Part shown: positions 9,442-20,694 of the stretch, one piece after another
Numbering within the stretch: the first letter of the stretch is position 1
Layout of the letters: every line of letters starts with the position of its first letter
NCBI GenBank assembly: GCA_963753975.1
Contig: CAVWEH010000005.1
Span: 608,001 to 672,000, forward strand
Source of the DNA: an uncultured delta proteobacterium
Lineage (GTDB): Bacteria > Desulfobacterota > Syntrophia > Syntrophales > Smithellaceae
Direction: 5' to 3'
DNA: 64,000 bases
Program-made: the position numbers and the translations under genes
The notes under the pieces: generated by a model
Databases searched by the model: none
What the model was told of the DNA's origin: nothing
The model's input: only the letters and a program-made list of their open reading frames with translations

Positions 9442-10899
9442 ATGGAATTACATGAGTTAACCATTCACGAATTACAGGAAAAAATAAAAGAAGGCAAAAC
9501 ATCGGCAGCGCAGGTTATCCAGTCCGTATTTCAAAGAATCGGCACTGTGGAAAAGCGGGTGCACTCATATATCCGGCTGATGAAAGACGAAGCCATGTCT
9601 GCGGCTGACAAAGCCGACAAAGATATTAAAAAAGGCGACATTAAAGCCTTAACCGGCATTCCTATAGCCCTAAAAGATATTGTCTGCACCAAAGGAATCA
9701 CCACAACCTGCGGCTCGCATATTTTGCATAATTTCGTTCCTCCTTATGATGCCACAGTTGTGGAAAAGCTCCGGGATGCCGGCGCCGTGTTTGTCGGTAA
9801 GGCCAATATGGATGAATTTGCCATGGGTTCTTCCACGGAAACCTCGCATTTCGGTCCAACCAGAAATCCGTGGGATTTGGCAAGAATCCCCGGCGGTTCG
9901 AGCGGCGGATCGGCAGCAGCAGTTGCCGCCGATGAATGCATTGCTTCCATCGGCTCCGATACCGGCGGCTCTATCCGTCAGCCCGCGGCGCTTTGCGGTA
10001 TTGTCGGACTCAAACCGACTTATGGCCGAGTGTCGCGTTTTGGTCTGATTGCTTTTGCTTCGTCGCTCGATCAAATCGGCCCTTTTACTAAAGATGTGGA
10101 AGATTGTGCCATCATGATGAATGTTCTGGCTGGTTACGATCCGAAAGAGTCGACTTCCGTCGCCGCGGAAGTGCCGGATTATCGGCAATATGTGAGGCGA
10201 GATATTAAAGGCTGGAAAATAGGAATTCCCCGGGAATATTTTGTCGAAGGTATTGATCCCGAAGTAAATTCCGCCGTGCAAAAGGCAATTTCCGTGCTGG
10301 AAAAAAGCGGCGCAAAAATTGTGGGAATTTCCTTGCCGCATACCCAATACTGTTTGGCCGTCTATTATATTATCGCCCCGGCGGAAGCGAGCTCCAATCT
10401 GGCGCGCTATGACGGCGTAAAATACGGTTTCCGATCGCCGGACAGCGGAGATTTAATGGATATGTATAAAAAAACGCGAATGCAGGGATTCGGTGCCGAA
10501 GTTAAAAGAAGAATTATGATCGGCACTTATGCTCTATCTGCCGGATATTATGATGCCTACTATAAAAAAGCTTCGCAGGTACGATCATTAATCAAACGGG
10601 ACTTTGAAGAAGCCTTCAAAAATTGTGACGTAATTCTCACCCCCACAACGCCGACACCGGCCTTTAAAATCGGTGAAAAAACCGATAATCCGCTGCAAAT
10701 GTACCTCTCCGATATTTTCACCATTTCCGGAAATCTCGCGGGAATCCCCGGAATTTCCGTTCCCTGCGGCTTTACGCCCAGCGGCTTGCCGATTGGTGTG
10801 CAATTTTTGGCCGGCCATTTTGAAGAAGGAAAATTAATTCAGATAGCCTCCGCCTATGAGGAAAGCGCGAAGATCGAAAAAAGGAGGCCGCAGCTATAA
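9442..10899 (+). CDS. gatA: Asp/Glu-tRNA amidotransferase subunit A
   Basis: Amidase signature [42 protein letters not shown]. Confidence 0.97.
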   Translation: MELHELTIHELQEKIKEGKTSAAQVIQSVFQRIGTVEKRVHSYIRLMKDEAMSAADKADKDIKKGDIKALTGIPIALKDIVCTKGITTTCGSHILHNFVPPYDATVVEKLRDAGAVFVGKANMDEFAMGSSTETSHFGPTRNPWDLARIPGGSSGGSAAAVAADECIASIGSDTGGSIRQPAALCGIVGLKPTYGRVSRFGLIAFASSLDQIGPFTKDVEDCAIMMNVLAGYDPKESTSVAAEVPDYRQYVRRDIKGWKIGIPREYFVEGIDPEVNSAVQKAISVLEKSGAKIVGISLPHTQYCLAVYYIIAPAEASSNLARYDGVKYGFRSPDSGDLMDMYKKTRMQGFGAEVKRRIMIGTYALSAGYYDAYYKKASQVRSLIKRDFEEAFKNCDVILTPTTPTPAFKIGEKTDNPLQMYLSDIFTISGNLAGIPGISVPCGFTPSGLPIGVQFLAGHFEEGKLIQIASAYEESAKIEKRRPQL

Positions 10900-12329
10900 T
10901 GGATTTTGAAGCGGTCATCGGCCTGGAAATACACGCCCAGCTTATAACGGATACAAAAATATTTTGCGGCTGCTCCGCGAAATTCGGCGCGGCTCCGAAT
11001 AGTCATACCTGCCAGATTTGCCTGGGAATGCCGGGGGTTTTGCCGGTGTTAAATAAAAAGGTTGTCGAATTTGCCATGAAGATGGCCGTGGCGACCAATT
11101 GTGAAATCAATAAATCCTGCAGTTTCGCCCGCAAGAATTATTTTTATCCTGATCTTCCCAAAGGTTATCAGATATCGCAATATGCATATCCGCTCGCGGA
11201 GCATGGTTACGTGATCTTGGATGTGGAAGGAAAGCAAAAGAAAATCGGCATTACCAGAATTCACATGGAAGAAGATGCCGGGAAACTCCTGCACGATGAG
11301 CATAATCCCGTCAGTTACGTCGATTTTAACCGCACCGGCGTTCCCTTAATCGAGATTGTCAGCGAACCCGATATGCGTTCGTCCGAAGAAGCGGCCGACT
11401 ATCTCAAGCGCCTGCATGAAATCCTTGTTTATCTGGAAATTTGCGACGGCAACATGGAAGAAGGATCTTTTAGGTGCGATGCCAATGTATCCGTGAGAGA
11501 AAAAGGACAAAAAGAATTTGGCACCAGAACGGAACTGAAAAACATGAATTCTTTCCGTAATGTGCAGCGTGCGCTGGAGTATGAGATCAAGCGGCAGCAA
11601 TATATTGTGGAAAACGGCGGCGCCGTAGTGCAGGAGACGAGGCTTTGGGACGATGCGCAGGGATCGACCACTTCGATGCGCAGCAAAGAAGAAGCGCATG
11701 ATTACCGTTATTTTCCCGATCCCGACTTGGTTCCGGTTTTAGTGGACAAGGCGTGGGTGGAAAAAATCAGAAAGCAGATTCCGGAATTGCCGCAAGCGAA
11801 AAGGGAGAGATTTGTCAACGATTATCAGATTCCCGCCTACGATGCGGGTGTGTTGACGGCCGATAAAGCCCTGGCTGATTATTATGAAGAAGTCGTGAGG
11901 CTTTGCGCTAAGCCTAAAGCCGCGAGCAATTGGGTGATGGGTGATGTTCTGCGATTCTTAAATGAGGAAAAACGCGAAATCAAAAGTTGCCCCATAACAG
12001 CGGCGGCGCTGGCCGAAATGATCAGCCTGATTGAAGAAGGAACAATCAGCGGGAAAATGGCTAAAGACATAGTCGAGGAAATGTATAAAACCGGCAAACA
12101 GCCGAAAAAGATCATCGAAGAAAAGGGCCTGGTGCAAATTACCGATGAGGGAGAGCTCATCAAAACCATTTCCTCTATAATGGAAGCCAATCCCCAGCAG
12201 CTCAAGGATTATCGCGGCGGTAAGGAAAAGCTCTTCGGCTTTTTTGTTGGTCAGGTGATGAAGGCTACACAGGGGAAAGCCAATCCGCAGTTGGTGAATG
12301 ATCTTCTCAAAAAAATACTTGCCGGATGA
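10899..12329 (+). CDS. gatB: Asp/Glu-tRNA amidotransferase subunit B
   Basis: [50 protein letters not shown]. Confidence 0.97.
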   Translation: MDFEAVIGLEIHAQLITDTKIFCGCSAKFGAAPNSHTCQICLGMPGVLPVLNKKVVEFAMKMAVATNCEINKSCSFARKNYFYPDLPKGYQISQYAYPLAEHGYVILDVEGKQKKIGITRIHMEEDAGKLLHDEHNPVSYVDFNRTGVPLIEIVSEPDMRSSEEAADYLKRLHEILVYLEICDGNMEEGSFRCDANVSVREKGQKEFGTRTELKNMNSFRNVQRALEYEIKRQQYIVENGGAVVQETRLWDDAQGSTTSMRSKEEAHDYRYFPDPDLVPVLVDKAWVEKIRKQIPELPQAKRERFVNDYQIPAYDAGVLTADKALADYYEEVVRLCAKPKAASNWVMGDVLRFLNEEKREIKSCPITAAALAEMISLIEEGTISGKMAKDIVEEMYKTGKQPKKIIEEKGLVQITDEGELIKTISSIMEANPQQLKDYRGGKEKLFGFFVGQVMKATQGKANPQLVNDLLKKILAG

Positions 12330-12441
12330 TCACGGGTATTAATCCCAAAGCAAGTTGCGGATTATAGCACCCTTCGCTGTGCGGGATTGTTCAACTTGCC
12401 AATTCCGCTGTGCTTCGCTTCGGAATTGGAGTTTCACAATG
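12330..12441 (+). repeat. structured dispersed repeat, copy 2
   Basis: TCACGGGTAT...GCGGGATTGTTCAACT...GCTTCGCTTCGGAATTGGAGTTTCACAATG; homologous to 39001-39158 and to the reverse complement of 4359-4620. Confidence 0.65.
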
Positions 12442-13488
12442 ATTAAAACAATCGCCTGGAAAAACAAATCCGTTATTTTGATCGATCAGAAAGCCCTGCC
12501 TGTAACTGAACGCTACGTAACATGCCGAAGTTATCGGGAAGTTATTTCCGCGATTAAAGATTTAACCGTGCGCGGCGCTCCGGCTATCGGAGTGGCTGCG
12601 GCAATGGGCGCGGCTCTGGGAGCTTTGCGCCTTGGGCCGTTGCCGCCGGAAAAATTTCGACAAAAATTTATCGCTATTTGCGATGAAATCGCGCGGGCGA
12701 GGCCGACAGCGCGGAATCTTTTTTGGGCTTTGGAGCGCATGAAAAAGCACCTGGACCAAGAGATTCGAACCGGCAAGACTGATTTGGCAAGGGAACTTGT
12801 TCGCGCAGCGCAGCGCATTTATGCTGAAGATGTAGAGGCGAACCGTCAAATAGGGAGGCGGGGCAGAAAACTTCTGACTGCTGGAGACAGCATCTTGACT
12901 CATTGCAATGCCGGCGCTTTGGCGACAGCCGGTTACGGAACAGCGCTGGGTGTGATCCGCGCAGCCCATGAACAGGGTAAGAAACTGCATGTTTATGTGG
13001 ATGAGACCAGACCGGTCTTGCAGGGAGCGCGGCTTACCGCTTGGGAATTGAAAAAAGAAAAAATACCCTTCACTTTGATTACGGATAATATGGCCGGATT
13101 TCTTATGCGGCAGGGTAAAATTAATAAGGTCCTTGTAGGTGCGGACAGAATTGCCGCCAATGGCGATATAGCCAATAAAATCGGTACCTATTCGCTGGCC
13201 GTTTTGTCTCAGGTGCACGGCATTCCCTTTTACGTTGCCGCTCCCCTTTCGACAATCGACGTCTCTTTAAAAACCGGAGCCGCCATACCTATTGAAGAAA
13301 GAAGAAGCGAAGAAGTAACTTGTTTGTTCGGAGTGAGAAGCGCACCAAAAGGAATAAAAGTTTATAATCCGGCATTCGATATTACACCAGCTGAGTATAT
13401 TACGGCGATTATCACGGAAAAAGGTATCGTCACAAAACCATATCGCGTCTCCATTGCTCGCATTTATAAAGGGAAAAAACATTTATGA
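12439..13488 (+). CDS. mtnA: S-methyl-5-thioribose-1-phosphate isomerase
   Basis: Start MIKTIAW; VRGAPAIG, RPTARNL, THCNAGALAT, ETRP, GADRIAANGD, NKIGT, NPAFD. Confidence 0.95.
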   Translation: MIKTIAWKNKSVILIDQKALPVTERYVTCRSYREVISAIKDLTVRGAPAIGVAAAMGAALGALRLGPLPPEKFRQKFIAICDEIARARPTARNLFWALERMKKHLDQEIRTGKTDLARELVRAAQRIYAEDVEANRQIGRRGRKLLTAGDSILTHCNAGALATAGYGTALGVIRAAHEQGKKLHVYVDETRPVLQGARLTAWELKKEKIPFTLITDNMAGFLMRQGKINKVLVGADRIAANGDIANKIGTYSLAVLSQVHGIPFYVAAPLSTIDVSLKTGAAIPIEERRSEEVTCLFGVRSAPKGIKVYNPAFDITPAEYITAIITEKGIVTKPYRVSIARIYKGKKHL

Positions 13489-14105
13489 AATTATTTCTTT
13501 TTGATTTTGACGGTGTCCTCGTTGATTCATTGGATGTCTATGAAAAAACAGTGACTGATTGCCTGATAAAAATAAACCATCCGCTAACGCGCGGCCGAGA
13601 AGAGTTTTTGGAGCTGTTTGAAGGTAATTTTTATGAATCGCTCGTGAAAAAAGGCGTGGACTTAGATGCTTTCATGAAAGCTTCCGTCGATATTATCGCG
13701 CAAGTTAACATCAGGGACATAAAACCAGTTGCGGCTGTCGTGCCGGTGGTCGAAGAGTTGTACAAAAAAAATTGCCTCGTTGTTATTTCATCCAATGACT
13801 CTTCTTCAATCAAAAAAGCTTTAGAGTTGTTTCACTATAATGGATACTTTCGGGAAATTCTCGGCTCCGACTTCATGTTTTCTAAAAAAGAAAAGATTCT
13901 TTACGTCATAAAAAAGTATCGGGTAGCACCGCAAAGTATTTATTACATCGGCGATACGACCGGAGATATCAAGGAAGGAAGGGAAGCCGGGGTAAAAACT
14001 GTCGGGGTGACGTGGGGCTGGCACAGCAAAGAAAAAATGGCCGCGGCCAAACCGGATTACCTTTGCGAGAATCCTCAAGAGTTGCTGCAGTTAAACGAGA
14101 ATTAA
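13485..14105 (+). CDS. HAD-family hydrolase (phosphoglycolate phosphatase-like)
   Basis: FDFDGVLVDS motif I, SSN, IGDTTGDI. Confidence 0.9.
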   Translation: MKLFLFDFDGVLVDSLDVYEKTVTDCLIKINHPLTRGREEFLELFEGNFYESLVKKGVDLDAFMKASVDIIAQVNIRDIKPVAAVVPVVEELYKKNCLVVISSNDSSSIKKALELFHYNGYFREILGSDFMFSKKEKILYVIKKYRVAPQSIYYIGDTTGDIKEGREAGVKTVGVTWGWHSKEKMAAAKPDYLCENPQELLQLNEN

Positions 14106-14155
14106 ATTCTGGTTCTTTGTTTCCCTCAAAATGGTAACCTGATAACTGATCTTGA

Positions 14156-15064
14156 TTAGACTTGGGTGCAGAAATCCTTCAGGTGTGTTTCCACCAGGCG
14201 TTGTTTATCAAAATCTTTGAGCTTCAGGTATTTAGGAGTGGTTCCCGCAAAAGCGCATTTCGGTACAAGGCCGATTAATTCGGACTCCAATATCTCTGCG
14301 CTGCGTTCGGCTGCTAATTTCTCAACCTCATCATAAATAGCTTTCAGCGGTGTCTCTTTGCAATTGATCAGGTTTATCGATACCTGTGCGATATCGCGGC
14401 TTTTCAAGATTACGCCAATTGCCCGCACATGCTTCAAACCGCCGCCCTTTTCCCTGATTTGCGAGGCAATTTTTTGCGCCAACCGCAAATCAGCGCACGT
14501 AAGATTGATGTTGTAGGCGACCAACAGTTCCCTCGCCCCTACAGCAGTTGCGCCCGCCCGCGCGTTAAATGCAGGCTTACCTACATCGGGAGCGTCATCA
14601 GGGTTAGTCATTTTACTTTGCAGTGCTTCATAACCGCCGCGGCGAACGTCGGCCAGTTCGCATCGCCCGGGCACCATCGCCGCCTGCCCGTAAAAATACA
14701 CTGGGACACCGCAGCGTTCATATAACTGTTTGCCGAAAGTATGTGCTAAATCAGCGGCGTCCTTCATCTTTGTTTTCCCCAATGGAATAAAAGGTACGAC
14801 ATCGACCGCGCCTAACCGCGGATGTACTCCAGCCTGTTTGCGCATATCGATCAACTCCAGAGCCTTGCCGCAAGCGGCAAGAGCGGCTTCCAGTATATCT
14901 TCGGGCTTTCCCAAAAAAGTGAAGACGCTCCGGTTATGATCGGCATCGCCGCTGAAATCAATCAGCCGCACGCAGGGGAACGATTCGAAAACCTTCGCAA
15001 TCGCTGCAATCTTTTTTTGACTGCATCCTTCGCTGAAATTTGGCACACATTCGATGATTTTCAA
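14156..15064 (-). CDS. ftcD: glutamate formimidoyltransferase
   Basis: ECVPNFSEG, DHNRSV, HPRLGAVDVVPF, ESELIGL. Confidence 0.92.
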   Translation of the reverse strand: MKIIECVPNFSEGCSQKKIAAIAKVFESFPCVRLIDFSGDADHNRSVFTFLGKPEDILEAALAACGKALELIDMRKQAGVHPRLGAVDVVPFIPLGKTKMKDAADLAHTFGKQLYERCGVPVYFYGQAAMVPGRCELADVRRGGYEALQSKMTNPDDAPDVGKPAFNARAGATAVGARELLVAYNINLTCADLRLAQKIASQIREKGGGLKHVRAIGVILKSRDIAQVSINLINCKETPLKAIYDEVEKLAAERSAEILESELIGLVPKCAFAGTTPKYLKLKDFDKQRLVETHLKDFCTQV

Positions 15065-15067
15065 TTT

Positions 15068-15712
15068 TTATACCTGATAAATTTTAACTTTTGGCAATTC
15101 CAGGCAAGTAAGTTTCCCGCCATAAACAGCGCCCGTATCGATGCCTATCTTGTTCGCCATGATTAGAGGATTGCTCATGGGAGTGTGACCGAAAATGACC
15201 CGCCTGCCGAAATCATACTCCGAATCGATAAACTTATACCGCACCCAGAGTAAATCATCTATTGTCTGTTTGTCCAGCGAAATTCCGGGTATTAAGCCGG
15301 CGTGAACAAATATATAGTCTTTCGTCTGGTGATAGGGTAAAAGCGACTGATAAAAAAGCAAATGTTCTGCGGGAATTTTCTTCTTTCTTGCGGCTGGTGA
15401 ATCCGAGCTTCTAATGTCATAATCAGACAAGGTATATTTGCCGCCATTGTATAAGTACGTTTCCTCGTCTTCACCTTCCAGATAATTTAAAAGCATTTGC
15501 TCATGATTGCCTAAAAGACAAACAACTCTTCTAAATTGTTTCTGCAATTGCAGCACATAATCGACAACATCTTTGTTAAAACTTCCCCGGTCAATATAAT
15601 CTCCAATGAAGATAAGCGTATCTTTCTCTCGGTTGGCTGCGATAAGCCCGATCAGTTCCCGGAGCTTTTGAGCACAGCCGTGAATGTCAGCTATGGCAAA
15701 TATTTTATTCAT
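15068..15712 (-). CDS. metallophosphoesterase, Ser/Thr phosphatase family
   Basis: DIHG, GDYIDRG, GNHE, HAG, FGHT, IDTGA. Confidence 0.92.
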   Translation of the reverse strand: MNKIFAIADIHGCAQKLRELIGLIAANREKDTLIFIGDYIDRGSFNKDVVDYVLQLQKQFRRVVCLLGNHEQMLLNYLEGEDEETYLYNGGKYTLSDYDIRSSDSPAARKKKIPAEHLLFYQSLLPYHQTKDYIFVHAGLIPGISLDKQTIDDLLWVRYKFIDSEYDFGRRVIFGHTPMSNPLIMANKIGIDTGAVYGGKLTCLELPKVKIYQV

Positions 15713-15738
15713 GAGACCTAGCCGAAATATTATAGAAG

Positions 15739-16665
15739 TTAATCGAAAAGAGCCGCGACGAAATCGTTACTGTCAAAAACGCGCAAAGCGTCCAGGCTTT
15801 CACCTACTCCGATATAGCGAACAGGCAAGGAAAGCTCACTCGCTATTCTAACTATTATACCTCCTTTAGCCGTTCCATCTAATTTGGTCAAGACAATGCC
15901 GGTTATGCCGATTTCCTCCTTAAACATTTTTGCCTGAATCACGGCATTTTGACCGGTCGTCGCGTCCAGAACCAGTAATATCTCGTGCGGCGCATCCGCC
16001 ATCCTTCTGCCGGCGACTTTTTTTATCTTTTTGAGCTCTTCCATCAAATTTACTCTGGTGTGCAGACGTCCGGCCGTATCAATAATAATAACTCCGGCAA
16101 ATCCACTTTTAACTTTGCCCAGAGCGTCAAAAACAACCGCGGCGGGATCGGCATTCATTTTTTGTTTGATCACGGACGCACCCGCGCGCTTACCCCAAAT
16201 CTCCAATTGTTCTATCGCCGCCGCCCGAAACGTATCGGCGGCGACAAGCATTACTTCATGGCCATCTTTGCGCAGCAAATTAGCCAATTTCCCGATAGCG
16301 GTGGTTTTACCGCTGCCGTTTACGCCGACAACCATAATGACATAGGGCTCTCCTTTGGGGATAGCTAAAGGTTTCTCCATCTCCTGCAAAATAACGGCTA
16401 TTCGTTCCCGCAAAATGGTTTTTATTTGCTTCGCATCGCCGAGTTCCTGACGGTTAATTTTTTCTTTTACCTCGTCAATTAATTCGTGAGCAAATTGCGG
16501 ACCCATATCCGCCGTAATCAATAATTCTTCCAACTCTTCAAAAAGCGCCTCGTCCAGATGTTTTTTGCCGAAAAGGAGATAATCCAGATTTTTCGCCAGA
16601 GCGGCACGCGTTTTTGTAAGCCCTGTATTTAATTTTTCCCCAAAGCCGTTCTTTTCCATCGACAT
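15739..16665 (-). CDS. ftsY: signal recognition particle receptor FtsY
   Basis: GVNGSGKTT, DTFRAAA, DTAGR, TKLDGTAKGG. Confidence 0.96.
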   Translation of the reverse strand: MSMEKNGFGEKLNTGLTKTRAALAKNLDYLLFGKKHLDEALFEELEELLITADMGPQFAHELIDEVKEKINRQELGDAKQIKTILRERIAVILQEMEKPLAIPKGEPYVIMVVGVNGSGKTTAIGKLANLLRKDGHEVMLVAADTFRAAAIEQLEIWGKRAGASVIKQKMNADPAAVVFDALGKVKSGFAGVIIIDTAGRLHTRVNLMEELKKIKKVAGRRMADAPHEILLVLDATTGQNAVIQAKMFKEEIGITGIVLTKLDGTAKGGIIVRIASELSLPVRYIGVGESLDALRVFDSNDFVAALFD

Positions 16666-16758
16666 AACTTTCGTCGCTTTATTAATTAATAACGGTTTTT
16701 TGTTTGTAAGTAAAGGAATGATGCGTGAGAAAAAAACACCAGGATACCAGGTAAGGTA

Positions 16759-19700
16759 TTAGTTTAAATTTACGGATACCAGTGAAGAAATACCGTGTTT
16801 CTGCATAGTCACGCCGAAAAGCGTATCGGCAACTTCCATGGTGGTCTTGTTGTGCGTAATCATAACGATCTGGGATTTTTGCGCGACATCTTTGATTAGG
16901 TTATTAAAGAGATTGGTGTTGGCGTCATCCAGAGCGGCATCAACTTCGTCCAAAACCAAAAACGGAGAGGGGCGGTGCATTAAGATGGCAAAAATAAGGG
17001 CGACAGCCGCCAGCGATTTTTCGCCGCCGGAAAGCAAACCGACGCTTTGCGCCTTTTTGCCGGGAATTTGAATATCGATATCTACGCCTGTTTCCAACAA
17101 ATCGTTTTCGTCGGTCAAGAGAAGTTCTCCGCGGCCACCCGGGAATATATGCGCGAATACTTCTTTGAAACAGGTATTAATGGCGGCGAAGGTATCGGCA
17201 AATCTGGTACGGGAAATTCTATTGATTCGGGTAATCGTTCTTTGCAAAGTATTGAGGGAGGAGTTCAAATCCGAAATTTGTGTCGATAAGAATTGATACC
17301 GCTTATCCAGTTCTTCATATTCATTGAGGGCGAGCAAATTGACTTCGCCGAAACCATCTATTGCTTGCTTATCCTTTTCCAGGACACTGTTCAACTCTTC
17401 TATCTTTTCTCCATCAACCTTCGTAAAGGAGGAAAACATACTTTCCCAATCAACATTGTATTTTTCTCTAATTGCTCTGGTCACGTTATCGGCATTTAAC
17501 GCCGCTTCCCGGCACTGGATTTCCATATCGTTTATTTTCTGGCGCAGATCATCAAGCTTCTTTTTAGTTTCCCTTATTTCATTTTCTTTCGCTTTCAGTT
17601 GCTCATCTTCATTGCTCTGTCCCGCCTTCTTTTTGGAAAGGACTGCTTCCTGCGCCTCAAACCCCCTGTAAAGTTCCTGGAGATTCGCTTGTTCCGTTTC
17701 TATTGTTTTGGCTAATTCGTCCAACTGCATGTCGCAGGAAACTATTTCTTCCTTTTTGGCCAGGATTTCATTTTCGATAGATTTAATATCATTTTGCAGC
17801 CTGAAAATTGTGCGCAAATCGGCTTCTTTTTTTTCATCTAAAGAAGCTAATTCGATTTTTTTGCCGGTTAAATAACGTTCCTGTTCGTCAATGGCCGTGC
17901 GGGATTGCTCTTTCTTCGCGTTGAAAGAAGAAATTATTTCATTTATCTCTTTTTCTTCTGCATCTTTGCGTGAAACATCGGAGTTAATTTGCTGCATTTT
18001 TTCCCGGGCTTCGGTTTCTTCCGCTTTAATATTTTGCCGATTGAACTCCAACGCAGCGAGTCTTTGCTTCGTTGTCTTCACTTCATCATCAAAGCGTTCC
18101 TGGTCTTTTTTTCTGCTGTTAATATCGATTTCCAGCGAGTGAATGCCGGCTTTTATTTGACCGATTTCCTCTTCCCACTGGGCAAGTACTAACGCAAGCT
18201 TGTTTTTTCGGCTCGTTTCCGTATCCAAATTGGAATTGAGCGCCGCTAATTCAGTTTCCAGCTCGGCAATTTCTCTTTTTGTGGATAAAAGACTTTTTTC
18301 CACCGCTGCTCCGCTGCCGCCGCTTAATACTCCCTGCGGGCTGATAAGATCGCCCTCCCGCGTGACAAACGTTCCGCGGAAACCGTTTTTCTTCCAAAGC
18401 GATAAGCCGTTTTCAATTGTGGGTATCAGTAGAACATCGCCCAAAAGGCAATCGGCAATTTTTTTAAAGTCCTCTTTAACTTTAATTTTTTGCAGTAAGG
18501 GCTCCGCTTCCCGGGGATGTTTGGCGCTTGTTAATTCCTCGTTATGGTTTCTTGCTTCCACCGGCACAAAACTGCCCCTGCCCAATTGGTAGTTTTTCAA
18601 ATAGTCAATTGCCCATACACCATCTTCCTGGCTTTTTACTATGACATATTGCAGTTTTTCCCCCAGCACTGCTTCCACAGCCGCTTCGTATTCCCGGGGA
18701 ACATTGATGTGGTCGGCCACGACGCCGTAAAACTTATCGCGGCTATCCTTACTTTCGATGACGACCTTAATTCCTTCATTGCCCCACTTATAGGATTCCT
18801 GAAATTCTTTTAGAGAATTTAAACGAGAGGATTGAGCGCCGGTTTTCTCCTTGATTTGGGCGATCTTTTCCTCGCTTAACTGCAAATCCGCTTTAGACTT
18901 TTCGATTTCGCCCGATATTGTCTCTCTTTTTTCTTCCAGTTGATGGATTTCTTCGCCGCCGCTGATCAGGCCTTCGTTTACCGATTGCAGCTTGCCGGTT
19001 AAATCGCCCAGTTTGTTCTTGCCCTCATTGATTTCCCGGCTTTCTCTTTCTTCGCGCTTTTTTAAATCCTCGATATTTTTACCCAGAGAGGAAACCATAT
19101 TTTTGAGTTTAGCTTTTTCGGTAACAACATCGATGTATAAGATTTTCTTTTCTTCCAGTTGATTATTTATTTCTTTATCCGTATTAATCAGTTCCTGAAC
19201 TTTTTGCCGGCCTTCGTCATGTTCTTTTTTAAGGGTGGCAATCAAGCTTTCCGCTTTCGTTACACTTTCCTGCATATTTTTAATTTCGGCATCTAACCCC
19301 GATGCTTTTGTGCGCAGTTGTTCGATTTCCGCCAGATCTTTTTTCTTGCGTTCGGAGATGTCGCTCATTTGATGGCGGGCGAATTCGATATTTTTTTCTT
19401 TGATGCTGATAGTGTTTTTTATTTCATAGAGCTCTTGCTGATTTTTGGCGATGGATTCTTCGTTTTCCAACAGCTTCGTTTTGAGTTCTTCCAAAGCCGA
19501 TTCTTTGGCTTCGAGATTGGCGCGAATGCCCGATTCCTGATCTTGCATTTCATTGCGTCGGGCTTGCAATAAAGAGCCTTTTTCGAAAAGCTCGGTATAT
19601 CCTTGCAGGGCAATCGTTAATTCCGTTTCTTTAATGCGCTCTTTTATAACCTTGTATTGTTCCGCTCTTTTAGCCTGGCGGGAGATGGCGTTGAGTTGCG

Positions 19701-20307
19701 CTTTTACTTCCTTAATAATATCGTTGAGCCGCAGCAAATTTTGTTTGGTTGCTTCCATTTTGCGGACCGCGGCATCTTTGCGGCTTTTGTATTTGGATAC
19801 TCCGGCGGCGTCTTCAATATATAATCTTCTATCCTCGGGCTTGGCTTCGACAAGGCTCGCCACATTTCCCTGTTCGACCAGGGAATAGGTTCTTGCACCG
19901 ACGCCTGTGCTCATGAAAAATTCCCGAACATCCAGAAGCCGGCAAGGAACCCGGTTGAGATAGTATTCGCTTTCGCCGTCGCGGACAACTTTGCGCGAAA
20001 TTGATATTTCACTCAATTCGGAATAATCGCCGGGAAAGGTTTGTCCATTGGCAGCCAGAGTCATGGTGACTTCCGCCACGCCGACGCCTTCCGATTCCTG
20101 ACTGCCGTTAAAAATAACATCATCCATTTTTTTCCCGCGCAGAATTTTAACCCTTTGTTCACCCATTACCCAGCGGATGGCGTCAACGACGTTGGACTTT
20201 CCACAACCGTTAGGTCCGACGATAGCCGTAATGCCTTCGGAAAAATCCAAAACGGCCTTGTCCCGAAATGATTTAAACCCCAATATTTCCAGTTTCTTTA
20301 AGTTCAT
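16759..20307 (-). CDS. smc: chromosome segregation protein SMC
   Basis: GPNGCGKSN Walker A, long coiled coils, hinge, LSGGEK, LDEVDAALD. Confidence 0.97.
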   Translation of the reverse strand: MNLKKLEILGFKSFRDKAVLDFSEGITAIVGPNGCGKSNVVDAIRWVMGEQRVKILRGKKMDDVIFNGSQESEGVGVAEVTMTLAANGQTFPGDYSELSEISISRKVVRDGESEYYLNRVPCRLLDVREFFMSTGVGARTYSLVEQGNVASLVEAKPEDRRLYIEDAAGVSKYKSRKDAAVRKMEATKQNLLRLNDIIKEVKAQLNAISRQAKRAEQYKVIKERIKETELTIALQGYTELFEKGSLLQARRNEMQDQESGIRANLEAKESALEELKTKLLENEESIAKNQQELYEIKNTISIKEKNIEFARHQMSDISERKKKDLAEIEQLRTKASGLDAEIKNMQESVTKAESLIATLKKEHDEGRQKVQELINTDKEINNQLEEKKILYIDVVTEKAKLKNMVSSLGKNIEDLKKREERESREINEGKNKLGDLTGKLQSVNEGLISGGEEIHQLEEKRETISGEIEKSKADLQLSEEKIAQIKEKTGAQSSRLNSLKEFQESYKWGNEGIKVVIESKDSRDKFYGVVADHINVPREYEAAVEAVLGEKLQYVIVKSQEDGVWAIDYLKNYQLGRGSFVPVEARNHNEELTSAKHPREAEPLLQKIKVKEDFKKIADCLLGDVLLIPTIENGLSLWKKNGFRGTFVTREGDLISPQGVLSGGSGAAVEKSLLSTKREIAELETELAALNSNLDTETSRKNKLALVLAQWEEEIGQIKAGIHSLEIDINSRKKDQERFDDEVKTTKQRLAALEFNRQNIKAEETEAREKMQQINSDVSRKDAEEKEINEIISSFNAKKEQSRTAIDEQERYLTGKKIELASLDEKKEADLRTIFRLQNDIKSIENEILAKKEEIVSCDMQLDELAKTIETEQANLQELYRGFEAQEAVLSKKKAGQSNEDEQLKAKENEIRETKKKLDDLRQKINDMEIQCREAALNADNVTRAIREKYNVDWESMFSSFTKVDGEKIEELNSVLEKDKQAIDGFGEVNLLALNEYEELDKRYQFLSTQISDLNSSLNTLQRTITRINRISRTRFADTFAAINTCFKEVFAHIFPGGRGELLLTDENDLLETGVDIDIQIPGKKAQSVGLLSGGEKSLAAVALIFAILMHRPSPFLVLDEVDAALDDANTNLFNNLIKDVAQKSQIVMITHNKTTMEVADTLFGVTMQKHGISSLVSVNLN

Positions 20308-20380
20308 AGTTAATCATTAGCGCAACGATAAAAATTTGTAAAATCTTAACAAAAGAAATTTCCTTTGTAAAGAGAAAATA

Positions 20381-20425
20381 CAACAAAATGTGGTGTTGAT
20401 ATAATTATACCACAATATGTAGTAC
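20381..20425. promoter_or_regulatory. tandem NrdR-box-like sites upstream of smc
   Basis: CAACAAAATGTGGTGT (20381-20396) and CCACAATATGTAGTAC (20410-20425) resemble the consensus acaCwAtATaTwGtgt. Confidence 0.45.
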
Positions 20426-20694
20426 TTTGATCTTTTTTGCCTTTTTCCCGGAGCTTCCCGTTCACCGGGCAATCTTATAGGCGGAAATGTGCCTGATAAC
20501 GTTAATTTTGCGGTCAAAAAGCATGTCCAACCTACGATGAAGATTGCGGCTTAAATTGTATATTATTTTCAGGAGTCCATCTCATATAGCTAAGCACAAT
20601 GCAAATAAAAAGTTTGTTTGTATGCCGATGTAAGGAGAATCGGCATAATACGATATGCAAGATATGCTACCGGGTACCTTAAATTAGCGATGGT

